Origin: Candidatus Omnitrophota bacterium
GTDB taxonomy: Bacteria; Omnitrophota; Omnitrophia; Omnitrophales; Aquincolibacteriaceae
Direction: 5' to 3'
Assembly (NCBI GenBank): GCA_003140935.1
Contig: PLLJ01000011.1
Coordinates: 2,634-66,633, forward strand
Length of the DNA: 64,000 nucleotides
Below the pieces are notes generated by a model. That model did not search any database and was not told the DNA's origin. It was given only the letters and a program-made list of their open reading frames with translations. Position numbers and translations under genes: made by a program. Each line of letters begins with the position of its first letter. Position 1 is the first letter of the stretch. Of this stretch, positions 1 through 9,909 are shown one piece after another.

Positions 1-203
1 AGAAAAACGATCTGCCCGCGATAAGGGCTTTGGACCACCGCGCCATCAGGGATGGTCAGGATCCCGCGGACCACATCGCGTGTCGTTTGTGGCTTGGCGG
101 AAGTCCCGGCCAATTTCTCCCCCACCAAATAATTCAGCAGGGTGGATTTACCGACGTTTGGTCTTCCGATGATCGCAACATGCCCCACTTTAGTCTCAGA
201 CAT
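1..203 (-). CDS. era: GTPase Era, 5' part (runs off the window edge)
   Basis: Not in the ORF track. Manual translation from ATG at 203 gives [50 protein letters not shown]...QIVF, with the Era G1 (GRPNVGKS) and G2 (KPQTTR) motifs. Confidence 0.92.
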   Translation of the reverse strand, partial: MSETKVGHVAIIGRPNVGKSTLLNYLVGEKLAGTSAKPQTTRDVVRGILTIPDGAVVQSPYRGQIVF

Positions 204-1410
204 CCTTTTTCTCTCCGTTGGATACAACATTTGTCCCGTTTTGGGTCGCAAAAGGCTGGGTCAGGATCGAACCCAGTTTGGTCAGTCCGTACGTCACCTG
301 TCCCGGAGCACTTGCGGCGATCTTAACGGTCCCGAAAATGCCCGCCTTGGTCTTGGAGATCAAAGCTTTCTGGAATGCTTTTGTGAAAGCGCTGAAAACG
401 CGGAACTTGGGATCTTCGATATAGCCATCGACCTTAATATCCAGTGCCACGGTTTTCTGATCCTCCAAGAGAAGGCGAACCGCATCGAACGGATATTTGA
501 GAAGCCTTTGGGCGGCAGTCGGCACTTCAAACGTCATGGACTTCAGAGTCAGCAAATGCTCCGACCTGAGATCCCCCTCCCGGCACAACAGATGCGACTT
601 GAGATCAAAAGTCCCGCTTTGCACTTCCCCGAGGATCCCGGAAAGCAGGAACTCATATTCCGCCACGGAACCGTCGGTGATCTGGACATCCACATCAAAA
701 TTGTCTCCATCCGCAAATTGACACTTCCCCCCACCTTGAAAACGGGCCGGAGGATTCACCCCGAATGTTGCTTCCACCTGGATCGTTTCCGTAAAGGTCG
801 GGCTGACATAATCCGAAAGAAAGTCGAAACCGTCCCAGTGCCCCTTGATATGTTCAAAGATCCACCGCTGCTCTTCGGGTTCGCGCCTGTCGTCGAAAAT
901 AAGCGCTCCCTTCTCAAGTTCCAAACGGTCGATCCGAACACGCCAGGATTTTTCGCCGACATTGTCCGGATGAGGTATTGGGCGCGGCGGGATCGGCGGA
1001 CTCTCCTTATCAAGCCCCATGTTGTGATACCAGTGTTTAACATTGGTCCGCGATCCCTGAGGGGTCATGTAACTCTCAATGGCGAAAATAACCTCCTTGA
1101 AATGAGCTCTACGGATCCGGATGAATTTGTTCTTGAGCACTCGAAGGTCCAAGAGGCAATCGATGCCTTTGGCCGTGAAATGATCGCGCCTTTTGAATCC
1201 AGGAGGATTGAGGATCTCAAGTTTTTCAACGCTTATGCGCGCAAAAAAAGGGGAAATGCGCATGCCTTCAATATGGACCGGCATGTCAAAGAGCCGGGTC
1301 ATTACTTTTTCCAAAAAAGGCTCGGCGGCCATGCCCAGGAGCCGGGCATGCAGCATTCCGAGAATAGCCAGCACGATCAAAACAATGAAAAGAGACCTTA
1401 GCTTCTTCAT
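196..1410 (-). CDS. AsmA-like / DUF748-type envelope protein
   Basis: N-terminal TM segment, motif LEILNPPGF, beta-rich body and C-terminal '[13 protein letters not shown]' typical of AsmA/DUF748 proteins. Confidence 0.55.
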   Translation of the reverse strand: MKKLRSLFIVLIVLAILGMLHARLLGMAAEPFLEKVMTRLFDMPVHIEGMRISPFFARISVEKLEILNPPGFKRRDHFTAKGIDCLLDLRVLKNKFIRIRRAHFKEVIFAIESYMTPQGSRTNVKHWYHNMGLDKESPPIPPRPIPHPDNVGEKSWRVRIDRLELEKGALIFDDRREPEEQRWIFEHIKGHWDGFDFLSDYVSPTFTETIQVEATFGVNPPARFQGGGKCQFADGDNFDVDVQITDGSVAEYEFLLSGILGEVQSGTFDLKSHLLCREGDLRSEHLLTLKSMTFEVPTAAQRLLKYPFDAVRLLLEDQKTVALDIKVDGYIEDPKFRVFSAFTKAFQKALISKTKAGIFGTVKIAASAPGQVTYGLTKLGSILTQPFATQNGTNVVSNGEKKDV

Positions 1411-2423
1411 CGAGGGATCAATGCTTTCCGGAAAATCTCTTCCCGGGCATAAAGTTCTTTCAGCCGTACAACGTCCTCCCGGCTTAGCGCCGGTTTCAAA
1501 GATGCCTCTACATTCTCAAGCACTTGCGTTCGTGTTTTCGCTCCGACGATCACCGTCGAAACCTCCTCGAACGCGAGCGCGAATTCTAACGCCACTTTCG
1601 GCAGAGGTTGGGACCCCGACCTAAGCATTTTCTGAATGAGCCGTATCTTTTGCCAATCAACTTCCCTCTTTTCAGGGACCCATCGGCGGCGATGGTCGTC
1701 CTTGGGAAATTCATGCGCCGGTGCATATTTCCCGCTCAAAAGTCCCGAGGCAAGAGCCTCCCGGACGATTATTCCGATACCTTTTTTCTCCGCTTCAGGA
1801 AAAATCCTTTCAGCCATACGCTGGTCCAGTAGATTAAAGATGATCTGGATCGCCTGAATCCGCGAGTCCTCGAGCACTGCCAAGGCCTCAGTCTCTGTAT
1901 GGACCGAAACCCCGATAAAACGGATCTTCCCTTCTTTCTTCAGCCCCTCCAGAACGCTTACCAAATCCCCCCTTCGGATCAGCTCCAGAGAAGGATTATG
2001 AAGCTGAAAAAGATCGATCACATCCGTGCCGAAACGTTTGAGACTTTGTTCGCAAGCAAAACGAATATACCCGGTATCAAAATTTTTCTTATGCCCGGCA
2101 TGATTGAGCTTCGCGGGAGATCCCTGTGAAAGAGAGGCGGGTTTTTGCGAAGGCGCGTAAAAATCCCAACCGCACTTCGTGGCCAGAATCAAGCGGTCGC
2201 GGGGCTTTCCTTTCAGGAATTTTCCGAGAAGTTCTTCGCTGTGCCCTTCTCCGTAAGTGTCGGCGGTATCAAAGAAATTGACGCCGGAGTCCCACGCGGC
2301 CGCCAGAGCTTCCAGAGAATCCTTGTCGCGGACCGGACCATAGGCATGACCTCCTAAGGCCCAACATCCGAAGCCGATCTCGGAGACACGTAAACCCGTT
2401 TTTCCAAAACGGCGCACTTTCAT
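1407..2423 (-). CDS. Aldo/keto reductase
   Basis: Motifs GKTGLRVSEIGFGCW, FFDTADTYG, SLKRFGTDVIDLFQLH and GKIRFIGVS. Confidence 0.92.
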   Translation of the reverse strand: MKVRRFGKTGLRVSEIGFGCWALGGHAYGPVRDKDSLEALAAAWDSGVNFFDTADTYGEGHSEELLGKFLKGKPRDRLILATKCGWDFYAPSQKPASLSQGSPAKLNHAGHKKNFDTGYIRFACEQSLKRFGTDVIDLFQLHNPSLELIRRGDLVSVLEGLKKEGKIRFIGVSVHTETEALAVLEDSRIQAIQIIFNLLDQRMAERIFPEAEKKGIGIIVREALASGLLSGKYAPAHEFPKDDHRRRWVPEKREVDWQKIRLIQKMLRSGSQPLPKVALEFALAFEEVSTVIVGAKTRTQVLENVEASLKPALSREDVVRLKELYAREEIFRKALIPR

Positions 2424-2480
2424 ATGGGGAGCAACGGCTCCGATCCGGGACGCCTGAGAGAAGGAGGGACGATAGAACGG

Positions 2481-2810
2481 TTACTTTGGAAAAAGTTCGT
2501 CAATGGCTTTTTGGATCTTATCCTGGGCCTGATAACCCACAAGCTGTTTCGCGACTTCTCCGTCCTTGAAGAAAATGACCGTCGGGATACCCTGGATCCC
2601 ATATTTCTGGGGCGTATTCGGATTCTCATCCACGTTCATTTTTCCGATTGCAATGCGGCCCGCATTGGCCACCGCGATTTTTTCGATCACAGGCCCGAGC
2701 ATCCGGCAGGGCCCGCACCACTCGGCCCAAAAATCAACCAGAACGGGTTGTTTGGATTGAAGCACCTCATCCTGAAAATTGGCGTCAGTAAGAGTCTTTT
2801 CTTTACTCAT
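2481..2810 (-). CDS. trxA: Thioredoxin
   Basis: VLVDFWAEWCGPC active site; 109 aa. Confidence 0.95.
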   Translation of the reverse strand: MSKEKTLTDANFQDEVLQSKQPVLVDFWAEWCGPCRMLGPVIEKIAVANAGRIAIGKMNVDENPNTPQKYGIQGIPTVIFFKDGEVAKQLVGYQAQDKIQKAIDELFPK

Positions 2811-2813
2811 GGA

Positions 2814-2920
2814 TTCACCCCGTTAGGAATAGAAAACAAGTTTTTAAAATACCGGATTCTTTCCAGCATAAAATTAGCCCAAAAAACAACCCCGTTCTTG
2901 CAATCTCTAACGGGGCAAGT
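2814..2920. repeat. Palindromic element with terminal inverted repeats CCCCGTTAG / CTAACGGGG
   Basis: ccccgttag at 2818-2826 and ctaacgggg at 2907-2915, with an extra ccccgtt at 2890-2896; abuts the trxA start. Confidence 0.6.
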
Positions 2921-3037
2921 ATCACTCATGGAGGATGACAGTGACAAGCTTGTTGTAACGAAGATGTAATATACACCGAACACAAGGTTCTGTCCACACA
3001 CCGAAAACACGCCGGGGATTTCCGTAACGCCAGAGGA

Positions 3038-3409
3038 TTATTCCGAACCGAGAATTTCTGAGATAGCCTGGAACACCTGATCCACAAACGGTTTTTGGAT
3101 CACTTTCACAGCGCCGGCCTTTTGGGCCAAGGCATCCAGTTTCATTTCTTGCACGGCAGTAAAAAACACTACGGGGATATGCGCGGTCTCTTTCATCGCC
3201 TTAAGACGGCGACAAGTTTCATACCCGTCCATCTCAGGCATAGCGATATCCAACAAAATAAGATCGGGCTGCCACATCTTCGCTTTTTCAAGAGCGCTTA
3301 TGCCGTCCGTTGCGATCTCGACAAGAAATCCGCGCGATGTGACACGGACCTTCAAGAGCGTCACTACTACGGGCTCATCATCTACGATCAGGATCTTTTT
3401 GGGCGCCAT
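3038..3409 (-). CDS. Single-domain response regulator (CheY-like receiver)
   Basis: Motifs KILIVDDE, PDLILLDIAMPEMDG and QKPF; AGGAG RBS upstream. Confidence 0.93.
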   Translation of the reverse strand: MAPKKILIVDDEPVVVTLLKVRVTSRGFLVEIATDGISALEKAKMWQPDLILLDIAMPEMDGYETCRRLKAMKETAHIPVVFFTAVQEMKLDALAQKAGAVKVIQKPFVDQVFQAISEILGSE

Positions 3410-3457
3410 GACTCCTCCTTAATTTAAAAATGAATTGAATATCATGACCGTTCAAAC

Positions 3458-3498
3458 TTTTTATTTCTTTTCCAAAATGGTAACTTGGATTGCCCCAA
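3458..3498 (+). repeat. Decayed partial copy of the 87 bp double-hairpin element
   Basis: ttccaaaatggt-aactt-ggattgccccaa matches the centre of the 63562-63649 copy (ttccaaaatggt-tgacaa-ggattgccccaa). Confidence 0.6.
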
Positions 3499-3555
3499 AG
3501 CCCCTCTAGTAGGTTTCGGAATCCTCTCCCATAAACTTAAAGCCTATTTACCGTC

Positions 3556-4212
3556 TTATGGGAGTGCTGCCTTATACGCTGAGGGGCACAGATCCTGGAC
3601 TTCACAATGCCAACAATCCGGCCGCCGGGCAAAACAACGGACGCGGCCATGATGGATGATCAGATGCGAATAGAGCGTCCAGTCCTTTTCCGATACTAAC
3701 CTCATCAAGTCAAATTCGATCTTCACCGGATCCGTATGGCGCGTCACCTTTAGCAAACGGTTGATGCGGATCATGTGCGTATCCACCGAAATTCCGGGAA
3801 TCCCGAAAGCGTTCCCCAAAATGACATTCGCCGTTTTCCGGCCCACTCCCGGGATCGTAATAAGATCTTCCATGCGAGCCGGGACTTTTCCTCCGAACCT
3901 TTCAAGAATCGCTTTTGCGGCGCCGAGGATGTTCCGGGTCTTATTCCTGTAAAAACCCGTGCTCCGGACCGCTTTCTCAACCGCTTCAGGGGCCGCAGCT
4001 GCAAAAGCGCTCATGTTGGGATATTTTTTTAAAAGAGCCGGCGTTACCCGGTTCACAAGCTTATCGGTGCACTGGGCGGAAAGGACCGTTGCCACCAGGA
4101 GCTCCCAAGGCGTACGGAAATGAAGGGCGCACCGGATATCCGGATAGGCTTTGCGCAACCGAAGGAAAATCACCCGCAGGCGTTTCTTTTTTTCCGCAAG
4201 GGTCTCTTTCAT
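3556..4212 (-). CDS. nth: Endonuclease III
   Basis: LLVATVLSAQCTD, HhH motif PGVGRKTANV, VDTH and C-terminal 4Fe-4S motif C-X6-C-X2-C-X5-C. Confidence 0.95.
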   Translation of the reverse strand: MKETLAEKKKRLRVIFLRLRKAYPDIRCALHFRTPWELLVATVLSAQCTDKLVNRVTPALLKKYPNMSAFAAAAPEAVEKAVRSTGFYRNKTRNILGAAKAILERFGGKVPARMEDLITIPGVGRKTANVILGNAFGIPGISVDTHMIRINRLLKVTRHTDPVKIEFDLMRLVSEKDWTLYSHLIIHHGRVRCFARRPDCWHCEVQDLCPSAYKAALP

Positions 4213-4317
4213 GAGTAACAATATACTACAGACAGGCTTCCGCGTTAAAACCTAAATGTCATCCGCATTGTCCTCTACTAATATTTCAAGTATACTCCGC
4301 AAAGAAGGAGAATTTTT

Positions 4318-5355
4318 ATGGCAAAGATGAAAGCTGTTGTTTTCAAAAAACATGGCACAACGATAGAACTCGAAGAAGCTTACGTTCCCATCCCGGAAAT
4401 CGGGAAAAAGGATGTCCTGGTCAAGGTCAAGGCTTGTGCGCTGAACCATTTGGATCTTTGGACGCTTGCGGGCATGCCCGGCATCAAGATCAGCATGCCG
4501 CACATTCTCGGTTGCGATATCGCGGGTGAGGTCGTAGAAAAAGGCAAAAAAGCTCACGGCATCCCGCTCCATAAACCCGTGATCGTCGCGCCCGGCATTT
4601 CCTGCGGTAAATGCGCTTACTGCAAATCGGGCTGGGACAGCCTTTGCGCCCATTATGAGATCGTCGGGTTTCAGAACAACGGCGGGTACGCGGAATATGT
4701 CAAGGTCCCCGCGCGGAACATCATTCCTATCACCGGTAATCTTGGCATGGAGTCCTGGGCCGCGGTGCCGCTGGTGTTCCTGACGGCGTGGCATATCCTC
4801 GTAACGCGGGCCGCTCTCGAGAAAAAAGAAACGGTGCTCATTCAGGCCGGCGGAAGCGGCATTGGCAGCGCGGCGATCCAGATCGCAAAACTCCTGGGAG
4901 CCCGGGTGATCACCACCGTAGGAAGCGAAGAAAAAGTCAAGCGGGCCAAAGCGCTCGGTGCGGACTTTGTCATTAATTACAAACTGAAAGATTTCCAAGC
5001 CGAAGTCATGCGCCTGACCCAAAGTGAGGGCGTCGACGTCCTTTTCGAACATATCGGAGGCCCCATATTCACCCAAAGCGTGCTGTGCCTCAAGAAAAAA
5101 GGCCGGATCGTCACCTGCGGCGCTACAGCAGGTCGCACTGTCAGTTTTGATCTGCGCTATCTTTACACACGCCAGCTTTCCGTCATCGGCTCTTACATGG
5201 GCGGCATTTCCGAGCTTCAGCGCATCGTCCGGCGCATTCAGGATGGTCGTTTGCGGCCCGTGATCGACCAGATATTCTCGTTGCGTGAAGCGCGCCAGGC
5301 CTTGAATCGCATGGCCTCCCGGGAGAATTTCGGGAAGATCATCCTCAAACCCTAG
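4318..5355 (+). CDS. Zinc-binding dehydrogenase (MDR superfamily)
   Basis: Motifs ALNHLDLW, PHILGCDIAG, structural Zn CGKCAYC...C, AGGSGIG and C-terminal FGKIIL. Confidence 0.9.
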   Translation: MAKMKAVVFKKHGTTIELEEAYVPIPEIGKKDVLVKVKACALNHLDLWTLAGMPGIKISMPHILGCDIAGEVVEKGKKAHGIPLHKPVIVAPGISCGKCAYCKSGWDSLCAHYEIVGFQNNGGYAEYVKVPARNIIPITGNLGMESWAAVPLVFLTAWHILVTRAALEKKETVLIQAGGSGIGSAAIQIAKLLGARVITTVGSEEKVKRAKALGADFVINYKLKDFQAEVMRLTQSEGVDVLFEHIGGPIFTQSVLCLKKKGRIVTCGATAGRTVSFDLRYLYTRQLSVIGSYMGGISELQRIVRRIQDGRLRPVIDQIFSLREARQALNRMASRENFGKIILKP

Positions 5356-5446
5356 CTCAACGTACTACGCGCAGCACATGATAAAGCGAACTCAACTTTA
5401 ACGTTGCGCTTTGCGCAGGAAAAGAACTCCGGGGCTTTCGCATTCC

Positions 5447-6340
5447 ATGAAGCGTTCGAAACTGTACTTTTCAGGCATTCAACTCATGTCTCAAAGCGCG
5501 ATCTGCTTTTCCATCATGGCGCTTTGCGTCAAATACGCGAGCATGTCGCTCTCTCCGTTTCAGATTGTTTTTTTCCGGAGTTTTTTCGGCACGCTGATAG
5601 TCCTTCCCTTCATCTGGCGTAAAAAGGTATCGCTCTGGGGTGAAGAACGACTCAAACTGACGTCCCGCGGCATCTGTGGCTTTGGCGCTCTGATCCTCCA
5701 CTTTTACACCATCGCCAAACTTGATCTTGGCCTTGCGATCATGCTCAATTATACGGCGCCTATTTTTACGGTGATCTTCTCGGTCTTCTTTTTGAAGGAG
5801 CGCCCGAGCCCCTCTCTTTGCTTTCTGATCTTTTTGTCCTTCGCCGGAGTGATCCTGCTGAATGCCCGTTCCGGAATAGCCTGGAGCCCGGCCGTATGGC
5901 TGGCGCTGCTTTCCTCGATCTTCGCCGCATTCGCTTATCTGTCGATCCGCACGATCCGGCAACGGGAGTCACCCTATACCGTGGTCTTTTATTTCACGCT
6001 GATCTCGACCGTGGGTTCGCTTTTTTTTCTGAAAGGATGGAAGTGGCCGGACCTCGGGGCCTGGGGATTGATCGCCGGCGTAGTGATCTTTTCTTTCTTC
6101 GGGCAGGTCTGGATGACCACCGCTTTGAGACGCGCACCGGCCTATCTGGTCACGCCATTCTCTTATCTTCATCCGGTGCTTTCGTTCGCCTATGGATGGC
6201 TGCTGTGGGGGGATGCCATCACCTGGATCACCGCGGCCGGCATCTTCCTGATCGTAGGAAGCGGCTCGCTCATTTCCTACTTTGAAACAAAACGCGAAAA
6301 AAAACTCCCCGCCTCCCTCTCGAGCGAATCCTGCCTCTAA
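5447..6340 (+). CDS. DMT/EamA family transporter
   Basis: About 10 hydrophobic segments in two EamA repeats (QIVFFRS, YTAPIF, FFLKER); start codon is an estimate. Confidence 0.88.
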   Translation: MKRSKLYFSGIQLMSQSAICFSIMALCVKYASMSLSPFQIVFFRSFFGTLIVLPFIWRKKVSLWGEERLKLTSRGICGFGALILHFYTIAKLDLGLAIMLNYTAPIFTVIFSVFFLKERPSPSLCFLIFLSFAGVILLNARSGIAWSPAVWLALLSSIFAAFAYLSIRTIRQRESPYTVVFYFTLISTVGSLFFLKGWKWPDLGAWGLIAGVVIFSFFGQVWMTTALRRAPAYLVTPFSYLHPVLSFAYGWLLWGDAITWITAAGIFLIVGSGSLISYFETKREKKLPASLSSESCL

Positions 6341-6342
6341 GC

Positions 6343-7158
6343 TTACACCTTGGCGTCTTCGGTATCCGTTATTTTGAACGCTACGAACATATAGACCAAA
6401 TTGACCAGGATCATGACCACGAACGGCAATGGCAGCTTCCGGAGAGGCGTCATGATCTGAAGCCATGTCAGGGTGAATGACGCGGTCGTAGCAAAGCACG
6501 TGAGAGAAAAAATAGCTCCATAACGAAGTTTTTGCTTCCTCATCATGTTGAATAAAAGCCCGACAAGCGAATAAAGGAGATCCACGATCAGGAGGAAAAA
6601 GAAGAACAGGACGATCATCACGGGCGGAACGATCAAAAGCATCGTGCTTTTGATCACCTTAAAGAGACCTCCCACGACTGCACCGGTGATCCGGATCTTG
6701 GGCGGCAGCTGCTTATCCGTTTGGATCCCCGCCTTGGTAATATCCCGCTCTTCGATCTGCCCCGGCGCCCGCTTCATAAAAACTTTTGTCGATGTCACAA
6801 GCAAGGGGGCCTTGTCCATATCCGCTTCATTCGCGGATGTTTTAGTCATATCAAAAGCAACGAGCGGGCCATACTTGGGATGGGACAAAAGGGCGGTCGT
6901 CTGGCCATTCTCCAGAGAAATTCCCTCGGGCGTCCAGATCACGACCGGCATGGTTTTTTGAGCCCAGGAAACAAATTCATTTGCAACGGGCAACATCCGG
7001 CTCAGCATTAAAACCGTGATCAATACGCCAGCGATCACCGAAAGATAAAAAACATAAAGCACTCCCTTCCAAGCGGACCTTTTTGAGGCATCATGAAAAA
7101 CGCGCGGATGGAAAAGTGCGGTAACGGGAGCAAGCCAAAAAGAGAGAAGGTTATTCAT
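6343..7158 (-). CDS. DUF1189-like membrane protein
   Basis: One TM, an extracytoplasmic domain, then three C-terminal TMs with a 'KLRYGAIFSL' segment. Confidence 0.55.
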   Translation of the reverse strand: MNNLLSFWLAPVTALFHPRVFHDASKRSAWKGVLYVFYLSVIAGVLITVLMLSRMLPVANEFVSWAQKTMPVVIWTPEGISLENGQTTALLSHPKYGPLVAFDMTKTSANEADMDKAPLLVTSTKVFMKRAPGQIEERDITKAGIQTDKQLPPKIRITGAVVGGLFKVIKSTMLLIVPPVMIVLFFFFLLIVDLLYSLVGLLFNMMRKQKLRYGAIFSLTCFATTASFTLTWLQIMTPLRKLPLPFVVMILVNLVYMFVAFKITDTEDAKV

Positions 7159-7627
7159 AGTGGATCTCCATGATTTTGAGTTTGATCTTCCCTGCCGGAA
7201 CTTGAATGACGGTTTCTTCGTTCAAAGATTTTCCCAGTAGGCCACGGCCGATCGGCGAGGTCACCGAGATCTTCCCTTCGTCAAAATTCGCTTCATCCTG
7301 AGAGACAAGTGTGTAATCAAAAATATCGCCGCTGTCGAGATTCTTCACTTTGACTTTGGCGCTCAAATAGGCTTTGTCCTGGGCAATATCCCCTTTGTCA
7401 AGAATGCGCGCGTTCGCGAGACGGGCTTCTAGCTGACCGATCCGGATCTCCAACTGGTGTTTGGCTTCTTTGGCGGTCTCCCAATCGGCATTCTCGCTGA
7501 GATCGCCATGCGCCCGGGCCTTTTCAAGCTGGTCCGCGACTTCGCGACGTTTCTTAGTCTTAAGAAAATTCAACTCCTCGTAAAGCTTGTCATAGCCTTG
7601 TTGCGTTAAGATCACTTTGTTGGTCAT
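7151..7627 (-). CDS. greA: Transcription elongation factor GreA
   Basis: Motifs LTQQGYDKL, ARAHGDLSENA and ISVTSPIGRGLLGK. Confidence 0.96.
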   Translation of the reverse strand: MTNKVILTQQGYDKLYEELNFLKTKKRREVADQLEKARAHGDLSENADWETAKEAKHQLEIRIGQLEARLANARILDKGDIAQDKAYLSAKVKVKNLDSGDIFDYTLVSQDEANFDEGKISVTSPIGRGLLGKSLNEETVIQVPAGKIKLKIMEIHYE

Positions 7628-7728
7628 TTTTGCCCCATGAGAGACAGGAAACACCTACAGCGCTTCCGTCTGTTTTGAAAACTCCGTTTAAAAAACGTCT
7701 GGTCCCTATCTTAAGCTTACGCGAATCT

Positions 7729-8811
7729 CTAGCGGAGCGAATAAGAACTATCCACCAAGCAAGGTTCAAACCCTGCATCCGTGGCACATCGGATCAGGTC
7801 GTCGGAACTTAACCCCTCGGGGGCACGACTCCCTGCTTCACGCATGACCTTTTCATGAAGATTTGTTCCGCCCACATCATCCGCGCCGAACGAAAGCGCG
7901 ACTTGAACGAACTTCAAATCCGTCGCCGAACCGTGAACTTTGATGTGAGAGATATTATCCAGAAGAAGTCTCGAAATAGAAAGCACTTTTAGGTCTAAAA
8001 AACCGCTTGTTCGTTCCATGCCCCGGAGCGCGTTATTTTCGGGATGATAGGCAAGCGGCACAAACGCATAAAATCCTTGCGTTTCATCCTGAAGCTCACG
8101 CAACTTCATAAGATGCGACACCCGTTGCTCATTGGTCTCGACGTGTCCGTAAAGCATGGTGGCGTTAGTTTTGATCCCCGCCTGATGCGCGACCCGGTGG
8201 ATCTCGATCCATGCTTCTCCCGATATTTTTCGGGGACAGATCTTGGCCCGCACCCCGGGATCAAAGATCTCAGCTCCACCACCCGGCATCCCGTCTAATC
8301 CGGCCTCTTTTAAGCGGCGCAAAACTTCAGCCCAGGAAAATCCCGACTGCTTGGTCATAAAATCGATTTCGGAAGCACTAAATGCTTTAATAAAAATTTC
8401 TTTCGGTAGCTGTCGTATGCGCCGTATCATTTCCAAAAAATAATCGAACTCAAGCGCGGGATTATGCCCCCCCACGATATGGACCTCGTTGATCTGCCAG
8501 CGATCGACCGCATCCCGGACTTTTTGTTCGATCTCATCCAGTGTCAGCGTGTAGGCGCCGGGCGCATCCGCATCGCGAGAAAAGGCGCAGAATTCGCAAC
8601 GGGTCGAGCAAATGTTTGTGGGATTGAGGTGAAGGTTCCGGGCATAAAAAGCATGCCGGCCATGCATCCGCTCGCGGACCTGATGCGCCATCCGGCCGAT
8701 CGCAAGAATATCCGTACTCTCAAAAAGCCGCACGCCGTCTTCAAAAGAAAGCCTTTCCTGATCCCGGACTTTTTGAAAGACATCCTTGATGAGATTTAAA
8801 GACCGATCCAT
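7729..8811 (-). CDS. mqnE: Aminofutalosine synthase MqnE (CofH/MqnC-family radical SAM)
   Basis: NPTNICSTRCEFCAF radical SAM motif, MPGGGAEIF, TNATMLYGHVE and AFVPLAYHPENN. Confidence 0.8.
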   Translation of the reverse strand: MDRSLNLIKDVFQKVRDQERLSFEDGVRLFESTDILAIGRMAHQVRERMHGRHAFYARNLHLNPTNICSTRCEFCAFSRDADAPGAYTLTLDEIEQKVRDAVDRWQINEVHIVGGHNPALEFDYFLEMIRRIRQLPKEIFIKAFSASEIDFMTKQSGFSWAEVLRRLKEAGLDGMPGGGAEIFDPGVRAKICPRKISGEAWIEIHRVAHQAGIKTNATMLYGHVETNEQRVSHLMKLRELQDETQGFYAFVPLAYHPENNALRGMERTSGFLDLKVLSISRLLLDNISHIKVHGSATDLKFVQVALSFGADDVGGTNLHEKVMREAGSRAPEGLSSDDLIRCATDAGFEPCLVDSSYSLR

Positions 8812-8820
8812 GGGAAATTT

Positions 8821-9909
8821 TTAGGCTTTGCGCTTCGTGCTTTGAGTTCTGCGTTTTTCAATTTCTTTGAAAAGTTCGTCAACGAGCTTATCCTCATCGA
8901 CCACGCGCTCCTGCTTGCCCGCTACATAAATCATGCCCTTTTGGGGGCCGCCTGTGATGGCGAAATCCGCCCCCTGTGCTTCACCGGGGCCGTTCACCGC
9001 ACATCCCATCACGGCGATGGTAAGGGGACCCGCGAGCTTCATCGCGCGCGCTTCCACTTCCTGAGCGAGTTTGGCGGTATCGATCTCGGTGCGCCCGCAA
9101 GTCGGACAAGAGATCACCCGCACCCCCTGACGAAGGTCCAAAGATTCAAGGATCATCTTCGCGACTTTGACCTCTTCAACGGGATCCGCGGTAAGCGACA
9201 CGCGGATCGTATCCCCGATCCCTTCCTGGAGAAGTGTCCCGATCCCGACCGCGTTATAAACACTGCCGCGGATGAGTGTCCCGGCCTCGGTGACGCCAAG
9301 ATGCAAGGGATAATCGAACTTTTGGCCCGCCAGGCGATACGCCTCGATCAAAGTCGGTACATCCGTGGTCTTAAGCGAGATCACGGTATCATGGAAATCC
9401 ATTGCCTCCAGGATCGCCACATGCCGGCGTGCACTTTCGACCAAGGCCTCGGCGGTGGGCCCGTATTTTTCCATCAGATCTTTCTCAAGCGACCCTGAAT
9501 TCACCCCGATGCGGATCGGGACGTGACACCGCTTGGCTTTTTCCACGACCTCGGCCACGCGGTCCTTGCCGCCGATATTGCCGGGATTCAGACGCAATTT
9601 GTCCACACCTTCGTCGATCGCCATCAAAGCAAAACGATAATTAAAATGAATATCCGCCACAAGCGGGATCTTGACCCTAGACTTGATCTTCCCGAGCGCT
9701 TTGACGTCCTCTTCGCCGGGACAGGCCACACGCACGATCTCGCAGCCGGATTCGACCAAGCGGTCGATCTGCTCGAGCGTTGCTTGCACGTTACGCGTCG
9801 GGACTTTGGTCATGGACTGGATACGGATCGGCTGGCCGTCACCGAGAATAAGATCGCCGACCTTGACGGCTCTTGTTCTTTTTCTTTGGATCACATTCGG
9901 CTTTTTCAT
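8821..9909 (-). CDS. ispG: 4-hydroxy-3-methylbut-2-en-1-yl diphosphate synthase
   Basis: Motifs [27 protein letters not shown] and [10 protein letters not shown]; ATG at 9909 overlaps the thiC stop (ATGA). Confidence 0.96.
   Translation of the reverse strand: MKKPNVIQRKRTRAVKVGDLILGDGQPIRIQSMTKVPTRNVQATLEQIDRLVESGCEIVRVACPGEEDVKALGKIKSRVKIPLVADIHFNYRFALMAIDEGVDKLRLNPGNIGGKDRVAEVVEKAKRCHVPIRIGVNSGSLEKDLMEKYGPTAEALVESARRHVAILEAMDFHDTVISLKTTDVPTLIEAYRLAGQKFDYPLHLGVTEAGTLIRGSVYNAVGIGTLLQEGIGDTIRVSLTADPVEEVKVAKMILESLDLRQGVRVISCPTCGRTEIDTAKLAQEVEARAMKLAGPLTIAVMGCAVNGPGEAQGADFAITGGPQKGMIYVAGKQERVVDEDKLVDELFKEIEKRRTQSTKRKA

Noticed and set aside
142-1401. 419 aa plus-strand ORF
   Set aside because: Antisense to the AsmA-like gene, which is coupled to its neighbours on the minus strand.
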